DNA of 64,000 bases from the human T2T-CHM13v2.0 reference genome, Homo sapiens: the NCBI RefSeq assembly GCF_009914755.1, contig NC_060927.1. One strand, 5' to 3'. Made by a program: the position numbers and the translations under genes. Below the pieces are notes generated by a model. It ran no database searches and had not been told where the DNA came from. It saw only the letters and a program-made list of their open reading frames with translations. Shown piece after piece: positions 55,605 to 64,000 of the stretch (positions are counted from its first letter, which is position 1; every line of letters starts with the position of its first letter).

Positions 55605-56548
55605 GCAGAAAGGCAGTCCAGCCAATCCATAGAGACTATAGTAAATATCACTCATAAAACTCAAATGTGCTGCAATAAATCACAGAGTGCTTTACTTTTT
55701 CAGTCACATGATATTCTTCATACTCACTTCTGTTTTCACAGAACCCTAATGGAAAGCAGCACAAAGAGGGCCTGTGACAGGGGTGGTCACCTCTCTGTTC
55801 CAATACACATGCCAGTAAACATGGGAAACAGCACCCTCTTCCCTACAAAACTAAACTATTTCAAGAGAACCATAATGATGGTCCGTCGTCCTCCAGTAAG
55901 GTACGAATGTGTCCAAGTTACCATCTTATCTTGGTAAAAACCAAAATAAACTTAATGTTTTCATTCATAATCCCACTTATGGGATTTAACCTTAGGAATT
56001 AAGGTCAATTAATTAAGAAAAAAATTCAAGAGAAAAGACAGATTACGAAACGATTCAGCATTATTGACTATCTGGAAGTAGGAAAAATTGTTATGCAAAG
56101 CAAGATATTTATACTTTAGGATGTTATAGACTGATTTTTGGAGCCATACAGAGCAAATACAGTGGATATTGCCTTGGAATAAATCAAAGTGTAGAAAGAT
56201 TTGACAGAATTTCCCATGCATATGCTAGGAAGAAGGAGCTGCTATGCCCTACACCACACTTAAGTGGAAAACACTAACTTTTACAGGTAGATGATAAACA
56301 TTTTTATCGGCAAATTTGTTAAAAGTTTTTATACATTTTTATGAACTTATGTAACATATATAAGTTTTATATAAGCTTTTACATATGAATGATAACAGTC
56401 TTGTCAGAAAAAAGCAGGGCCCAGAAAAGGCTGGAGATAGCAGGTTGCCAGGATCCCATAAGGAAAGTGGGGACCAAACGGCAGCCACAAACATGTTGAC
56501 ATCTGGGCAGGACACTGGGAATGTAGGCCCAATAAAGAGCAAAGGAAG

Positions 56549-56562
56549 CCACGTGGTGGCGC
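56549..56562 (+). promoter_or_regulatory. Putative CTCF-like site overlapping an E-box (CACGTG)
   Basis: CCACGTGGTGGCGC is a 12/14 match to CCASYAGRKGGCRS, in a small CpG-retaining unique patch. Confidence 0.5.
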
Positions 56563-58307
56563 TGCAGCGCCAGCTGGGCCACATAGGATCCCAATGACCA
56601 GCCCAGCCCATCAGGAAGCTGACATGGGACTGTGAAAAAGGACTGGAAAGAAATGGAGAAAATAAAGACAATTGGTTTGGCAGTGTAATAAGATTATCAA
56701 TCCATTTTTCCCTTTAGAAATTTGTATTGATATCATTGTACAATAAATATTCCAAACATATATTTTAATAGACTTTTAAACAGTGTCATACACTGGTTGA
56801 TGGGACAGCACAAAACACCATGCATATATTTATGGTATGAATAGAAAGGGGCCCCCAGCAGCAGGGATGTTCCAGGTATTCAGTGACCAGGAAACAGTCG
56901 TGTTTTCATTTATCAGCAGTTTTAATATCTCCTGGCTCCCTCCTTTTCCACGGCACAGTGTCAGGGAAAATCACTACTTCACAAACCCTGCATCTCCTTT
57001 TGCCATTCACCCAACTGTGCCACAATCTCTGATTTTAATGTAGTCCTTTGTCAAATTCACATAGCTTCCTCTCCTTCCAATTCTTAGGCCAAACTGTGTG
57101 GTAGCAAGTTCCTTTCATGTCCTTCCTTTTGTAGAATTCCTTTGGCAAAGTCCAAAGCATATCTCATGGCCATGAGTGTCAAGTGTTGGTTCTTGCTGAC
57201 TTAAATAGTCCCCTGTCCTTCTCTGAAAATACCTTGACATGAAAATGAAGAAGAATTCAATGAAGTTCGTCCTAGGTTTTATGGTAATAGCATGAACTCT
57301 GGGAGAATGGCCATACAGCCAGGACCATCATTGCCTTAGAGCATCTGCTAATATTAAAATTAATAAAATGCATACAAATTATTCATTCAATAAATATTCA
57401 TTGAGACCTGCCATGGGAACTGAGTAGTGACAGAGCTGGGACCAGGATCCTAGTCTCCTTGCTCAACAGATCCTGCCCTTACCCCAAGGTGCCCTGTGTG
57501 AGTACTGACTGTGGGCAAATCTCTCTTCTAAGCCTGGAAGAATAGGAAGGTTTGCACTCTGCAAATTTATAGTCAATTTCACAGCATAAAGTTCCCTGTT
57601 ATTCTTCAAAAAGGCAGCTTCACAACTCTCCCTGGAGTCTGTACTTCCCAATATGATCACCCCTCAACCCCGTACATGTACCCATACCTCTATTTGCTTT
57701 TTATTTCCATATATTTAGCTACAACTAAAAAGCTCTCCTTTTGAGGGAATGTTTTCAGCAATTGTGCTGCCTTCTTTGAACTTGTTTCTCCTAATCCAGC
57801 AGCCTGTTTCTCTTCCCCACTGTGAAATTGACTAAAAACAGCAAGAAGCTGACGGGTTTTTATAGAGAGACTGGACATAGCATTAATGTCTGAGATTTTT
57901 CCCCCTTTTAATACAAGACATTTTCCAGTGCATCTTTATTATTATTATCATTATTCATCAAAAGCTTTTTTATCCAAAAAGATAATTCAGACCTAGAAAC
58001 TTTGTTCAACCAATTGTTCTCAAGTGGTGCTCTCCTGGGGAGTGAATTATATCCTAAATATAACAGTAAAACATTTTATTGAAGAATAGAGTAAGTAAAA
58101 CATATTCTGGTTTTCTTTGCTCATTTGAGTTTATTCAACTCACAGCACTTTTTTTTTTCTTTTGGTGAGAATTTGCAGGCTATTTACCCTGTTTTGCTCA
58201 GTGAGAAAGAAAAATACAGGAAGGGCCGCAGAGCTTTAAAAATAGCATCAATGGCAGAAGTAAACACAAACCCAGGGAGTTGTCTTATTCAACTTCATAT
58301 TCACCAT

Positions 58308-58786
58308 TAAAGAAAAATTATTCATGACACCAGTGAAAGATGATAAGGCAGACTTTTTTCAGGACCATCATGATAGGCGTAGGGACCACTGCAATGGGAT
58401 ATTGCAATAGGGAAGAGAGATTGGGCTCAACTCTGAAGATAGCAAAGAAAAAGTGGGAATGTATACCCAAAGTGGGGGGAAGGTGGTCAGTGGGTGAAAA
58501 ATTACTAAGAAGAAACAATAGGAGTAAAGAGGTTAACCTAACTGGGTTCTTGCTGAAGGCAGGCCAGGGCGGTCAGACATCACCCAGGAGGATGATGGAG
58601 GATAAGGAACCTGGTCAGGTAGTGAGGGTGATCAGATATCGAGGATTAACATTAAACTGACTCGACAGGATTCTTGGTAAAATTAGACAATACAGAGATA
58701 AAAAAGGAAGCCCAAAGGTCAGGACCTAATTGAGAAGAGAGTTCAGAGGAGCCTGATTAGAGTTTGGTTAAGGAGAGAATCTTTCA
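58308..58786 (-). mobile_element. MER31/MER67-like ERV1 solo LTR
   Basis: Reverse complement starts TGAAAGATTCTCTCCTTAACCAAACT; TSD CCAT at 58304-58307 and 58787-58790. Confidence 0.82.
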
Positions 58787-59547
58787 CCATCAAGCCAAGC
58801 ACAATACCCAGCACACAGCAGGCACTCAATAAGTGTTTGCCAAATAAAGAAATGAGTGACTGGATCCTGTGCCCCAGAACCAGCCCTTTCCTTGAAGCAT
58901 GTCTGGGCAGAGGGTCTTAGTCAACAGCCTTGCTGCATTGTGGCCTTGGCCCACTGAGGAGAGCAGAGGGTGTATTTTAAAACAGAGGTATTTTAAAAAA
59001 CATCTCACTCCACAACTTGCGCCCACTTCAGAGTCAACCTCAAGAGGACTCTGTCTGCACATGAGATGAGAGTCCTCTAAAAGCTAGGTCCAAAGAAGCT
59101 TCCCAGGTCCCCTCTGGAGTTTCAGAGGCCAGGAGTTCACAGCGCTACCACTGGGGTCTGAGATGAAGAATCTTATGAAAACCCCAAAGTCAAGCCATTG
59201 ACTTTCCCCTGAAACAGGCTCTACCTTTTGTGTTTCCCAATATCAGACACTTGCTTGTGCATCCTAGGGGTACCCCTTCCATCAACACTGAACTTCCCAC
59301 TGTTCCATGAACACCTCCATGCTTTTGTGAGTGCTGTTTCCTGGGGCTAGAATCTTCTTGCACCAATATATTACTTGGAAAACTACTCATCCTTCAAGAA
59401 CCTGCTTACAAGTCATCTGCACTGGTAAACACTCCCCACTTACCAGAGTTGGGTGAGCATCCAGAGAACTTTGTTCAGGAGTTCAAATAGCACTTGCAAT
59501 TTATCTACTAGCTTTTCTGTCACCTTTTGACTGTGACTGCTTCCCTT

Positions 59548-60040
59548 CAAGTGGTTCTCAAACCTACAGAAACATCAAAATCACCTGGGAGATTGGGTGC
59601 GGTGGCTCACACCTATAATCTCAGCACTTTGTGAGGCCAAGGCAAGGGGATCACTTGAGCCCAGGAGTTTGAGACCAGCCTGGACAAATGGTGAGAGCCC
59701 CATCTCTACAGAAAATTTAAAAATTATCTAGGTGTGGTGGCATGTACCTGTAGTCCCAGCTACTCTGGAGGCGGAGGCAAGAGGAGTGCTTGAGCCCAGG
59801 AGGATGAGGCTGCAGTAAGCCATGATCACACCTGCACTCCAGCCTGAGTGGCAGAGTAGACTCTATCTCTCCAAAACAAAAACAAAAACAAAAACAAACA
59901 ATCAAACAAAAAAACCCTGGATACTCTTGAAATATAGATGCCTAGGCTTCACATCTGGAGTTTCTGATGCAATAAGTCTAGAGTGGAACCAGGGATACTG
60001 AATTTCTAATAGCTCCCAAGATGATTCTGGAAATCAGCCC
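59548..60040. mobile_element. MER5-like hAT MITE split by an Alu
   Basis: AGTGGTTCTCAAAC...CATCAAAATCACCTGGG before the Alu; AGATGCCTAGGC...TTTCTGAT...ATTTCTAA..AGCTCCCA.GATGATTCTG after it. Confidence 0.78.
59591..59913 (+). mobile_element. AluJ
   Basis: GGATCACTTGAGCCCAGGAGTT is J-type; (CAAAAA)n tail. Confidence 0.94.
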
Positions 60041-60559
60041 TGTGTGGGAGTCTCGTCTAGAAAATAGAGACTGTGCTTTGTTCAGGTTGCTCATCCAGCC
60101 TGTGGCACAGCATGGGCATGGAGTAGGAGATCTATCTTTGCTTGTTAGGTAGGAGTATAAGTAAGTGGATGGACAGATGTCCGGCAGACGTTGAGGGAAA
60201 GAGCTGCATTCTGAATCACTATAAGACTGAGAGGACATGAAAGAGAGATTCTAAATTTAGTTCAGATCCTCTGGGAGTGGGCAGCAGAACTGAACCCCAT
60301 CCTCTGCTCCAAAGAACCTTGGCTAGTCTAAGGAGCAAACCGTCTGCATTTAATTTCTGGCAGATTCTCTCCTTTCCCTCTGCATTTTTTCCCCATCTCT
60401 TCCTGCCTCCTCAAAGGCACTTATAAGTAGCTACCCAGTCTCAGCCAAGTCCCAGATCAGACATCATCAAGTTCTGAGGTACTGCAGGACACAAGCCACA
60501 GACTTGAATAATGTGGCCAAACACCCAGGCAAGGGCCTGGAATGTGTCTCATTAATGGA

Positions 60560-61280
60560 GGTCCAGCTCTCCAAAAGTCCTAATGAGATCTCTGAGCAAA
60601 TCCTGGGCAGGGAATCCAACCAAACATAAAAGTCAGTTTCAGAAAGGTGAGAAAAACCTTGAGTTGGGATGCATGTGGCTGGCTTCCCACTGCACAGAAA
60701 AGAGAATCGACCCTCAACCCTGGAGGCGTTATCTTGGTTGGTGGCAGCAGTGCTTTGCTGGTTCCCCTCCTTGCTCCCCTGCTGTCTGACAGCATTTGGA
60801 GCCCCTCTGGTGCTCTCCTTGAGAGCCATTAGAATCCATAATTTAAACACAAGAGCGTTTTTGATAGAAAAAGGAGTAATGCTTGATTTAATTTTATTGC
60901 CATCGGTTTCACTGGGAAAAGGGAAGTGGGGAGGGGAGGGGAGGCCGCACTTCTTCCCCACAAGCAATGACATCTGCTGCTGGCGGGGAAAATGCCCAGA
61001 GCGGTGCCTTTCCATGCAATTACTCCTGGGCATAAAAAGAAAAACAACCTTCTTTTCCTTCCCAATCTGCCAGTCTCTTCCGAATCTCTGGAAACAAGCT
61101 CTCTTCGATTGGGCAATTTGACAGGCTGTCCTGCTACAAACATCAGCTGTCACAGGCATAATGCAACAAGAAGGGAAGGCTCTAGGGCCAAGCAGAAGTA
61201 GTCAGGACAGCTCAAATGTAGCCAGCAAAGGGAATCTCCGGGTAAGCATGATGGAGTGCCTCAGATGGGTCTCGAGAGTC
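60560..61280. promoter_or_regulatory. Candidate enhancer (repeat-free block rich in TALE/Hox motifs)
   Basis: Several TGACAG/CTGTCA motifs, TGATTTAATTTTATTGC, retained CpGs and a G-run cluster. Motif evidence only. Confidence 0.4.
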
Positions 61281-62183
61281 TGCCTATATTTCAATGTCTG
61301 TTTTCACATGGAGAATTCATGGGTTACACACAAATCTCATCTCCTTGAAAAAACAAGAACAAGAAGGGAGCAAAAAATAGATGGATGCATCTAAACCAAT
61401 GTCATTGAAATTCTTAATCAAATAAAGTCATAAAAATCACTGTACCGTCCAAAGGTCCCCAGCTCGTACCCTCCCTGACACTCTTTCAATTTAGCCATGA
61501 GGAGGGTGTAGGTCTCCTGTAGGGAGAGAGCCAGGTAACTTCTCCCACTGCCTTGCCAAACTGCAGACCCTACAGTGGTCTGGTCAGGGCCACACATCCC
61601 GCTGGAAAGTCAATTTGGACTTCACTAAGTACATCATATTCCAAAGTGAAAGGATGAATTGTGGTGTGGCATGAGACAGTGAGCAAGTCCTTCAGTGGTT
61701 TGTGCAGACGTATGTACTGAAGGCCACACAAGCTGTCTGCCAGACCCACTTCCTGCTCTGGGATTCCAGCCACACTCACCTGGTTAACTATTTGGTACCA
61801 CACCACCCTGCTACAGCTGCTTGGACCAGGGAGGCATGCCTGCCTGAAAAATAGCCTAGGAAGAGGCTTGCCTCAAGTAGAGCCGCCAAACAGGCACAAT
61901 TGTGACCTAATTGAGCTGATCAGATCTCATTGCTTAGATGATTTGAGAGTCCAGCATTAAAAAAAAAAAAATAGCAATTGTTAGAGGAAATAAAAACATC
62001 CTCTTTACCAACAGGCAGAAAAAGTTCATATCAAATCACCAGAGTACCAAAAAATTATTTTGTAAAGAATTAATACTTGTTTTATTTTGAAAAGCATTAA
62101 AATAATCATCACAGGGAAAAAATTAAAACTTTTTCTAGACATATATTTTTTCTTAATATCTGTTTAATCTCTGCTGCATATTT

Positions 62184-62335
62184 TTAAATGTTATTTTATT
62201 ATGGTAAGAAAATGACATGAGATCTACTTTCTTAATTAATGTTTAAGTGTACGATACATTGTCATTTACTTTAGGTACAATGTGGTACACCAGATCTCTA
62301 GAGCTTACTCATCTTGCTTAACTGAAACTTTATCG
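62184..62335 (-). mobile_element. L1MA 3' terminal fragment
   Basis: GGTAAGA...ACATGAGATCTAC..TCTTAA...TTTAAGTGTAC.ATACA...AGATCTCTAGA.CTTA.TCATCTTGC.TAACTGAAACTTTAT. Confidence 0.82.
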
Positions 62336-62869
62336 GCATTTATTTTGAAATTCGAGAGAGGGAGGAGAGAGTAGCCTATAGATACTCTGGTCTAAATGTC
62401 TTGATCTAAGCCTGAAAAAGTACACAGAGAGGGAGCAAGAATAGAAGCCAGGAGTAGGAGAGAAGGAGAATATTGAGCTACCAGAAGACCAGAGCAGCAG
62501 CAGTCAGAAACTCTCTGAGCCTCCATGGTGAGCAGGGAGCAGAGAAAGGGGACTCAGACGCCTGCTTCTGAGACACCTGCCTGAATTCCCGTGGTGCCCC
62601 AGAGCTGCTGCTGTGGCTTGGTGGTCTAAGCTTCCCTTACCCCCATGTTGCCTTGCTGCAAACTCCTACTTCCTAAACTTCAGTTTGTCTTTGCTTCTTG
62701 AAACCTAAAAAAGCCTAACTAAGGCCTCAATCATACTAGCAAATAAAAGAAATTCATTCAGATATTATTACCAAAGCCAAAGGTCAGGTACTTTAAAGGG
62801 AATGGACAGGATATCATGATTTGTGTGGTTCAACTGAGAAGCTTAATCCAACAAGAGCTTCAAGATGGA

Positions 62870-63180
62870 AGATAGACTTTGCAGAAGAACATGGAGTAAA
62901 TTCAGAAGACAGACACGAGGATGAACATATGCAAACCATGTCCTAAGCAGGCAACCTCCGGGGAGTTAGGGATGTACAGCCTGCAGAATAGAAAACTCAT
63001 GAGGCTCATGATAGATGATGTCAAGTGGAAGAAGGGCTGGAATTGTTTCATGTGCCAAAGATAGAAGAATATGGGAGTAAAGGTTTTAGTTCAATGTTAG
63101 GAAAAGCTTTCCAAAAATCTGAACTTCATGAGAAGATGGGGTGAGTTGTTTGTCAATGAAAGTGTTCAAGGAGAAACTCA
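62870..63180 (+). mobile_element. L3/CR1 LINE fragment
   Basis: AAACCATGTCCTA...GGAGTTAGGGATGT.CAGCCTG.AGAA.AGAA.ACT...GTGGAAGAAGG...TTTTAG.TCAAT.TTAGGAAAA.CTTTC. Confidence 0.65.
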
Positions 63181-64000
63181 GTTTTTAGACTCTCAATTTA
63201 GGTAAGATTCAATTAGAAATATCGCGTTCATTGTGATAAGAAAAGATAATACAAGGTAAAGAACCCTAAAGTTGAAAATTAAGTGAATGCAGCAACAAGT
63301 CAAATATATTGAACAAACTTGTAGCTAATCTGAGATTGATAAATGGTAATCTTCAGACTGCTGGGGTGAAAATATTCTTGCCTAGAAATTCTGCATTTAT
63401 TGGACTTGGGGATATTGTCATTATTCTTTTATTGCCATCGAGGTGGACAATCACTATCTGTCTTTATTTAGCCTTAACAAATCAAATAAGAGAATGTTTT
63501 ATGCATCAAATTTTTTTTAGTTATCAGTTGATAAAATCAAGGGATAGAATATTAGAAGAAACCCTTGGAAATCTAGGACAATCTGACATGATCGCATGAT
63601 TATTTTTCTCTTCTTCAGGGAACAAATGAAATTTAATAGACTATAACCATTATTCATAAGTTACAAGAATGTCTATGTGCCTTTTTTTTCCAGAAGATAA
63701 ATATATTGAGGGAGGAGAAAATGTAATACCTGCCAAATATCTTTCTCAAAGCTCTTTCTTAGAAGACTCTGCTGACTTCCTCTCTATAGTTCTTCTAGAG
63801 AAGAGAAATAATCTCATCTCCTATTGACCTGAATGAGCTGAGAGGGTTACTATTAATGGATACAATAGACTTGAAACTTCTGCTCTGAAGGGAGATGTAA
63901 AAAATAATCAGCCTACCTCTCTGCAACTACTGTTCCCTGCAGGAACAGCCACTTCATTTCTGCCAAAGATTTGAGGACTACAAGCAAAACCTTTCTACTA

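Noticed and set aside
60467-61159. Longest ORF in the window (230 aa, minus strand)
   Set aside because: No recognisable domain, non-ATG start, several overlapping ORFs on both strands, and no supporting promoter or splice context. Better explained as a GC-balanced non-coding block.
63600-63700. Two acceptor-like sites (TTCTCTTCTTCAG, CTTTTTTTTCCAG)
   Set aside because: No paired strong donor within the window; such motifs are frequent in T-rich DNA.

Overview
Primate (very probably human) non-coding genomic DNA. It is AT-rich, has no CpG island and is dominated by interspersed repeats: about 13 Alus, several L1 subfamilies, L2/MIR/CR1, many MaLR/ERV1/ERVL LTR elements and DNA-transposon relics. 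I find no supportable protein-coding gene. The listed ORFs are Alu/L1/ERV-derived or look random; the only recognisable peptides are degraded L1 ORF2 and ERVL pol remnants. The main structure is a ~9.2 kb two-LTR MER34-type ERV1 provirus (34444-43681, 4-bp TSD) with no intact genes. It carries four later insertions with TSDs, a CCA-ended tRNA-Glu copy and a GC-rich island. Other points of interest: a 259-bp tandem duplication inside an L1PA, tailless U2 and 5S rRNA retrocopies, a possible old local duplication of ERVL pol, two CTCF-like sites, two candidate + strand exons and a TALE/Hox-motif-rich repeat-free block near 60.5-61.3 kb. I see no convincing new biological system. Repeat subfamily names come from recalled consensus sequences and need RepeatMasker/Dfam confirmation.
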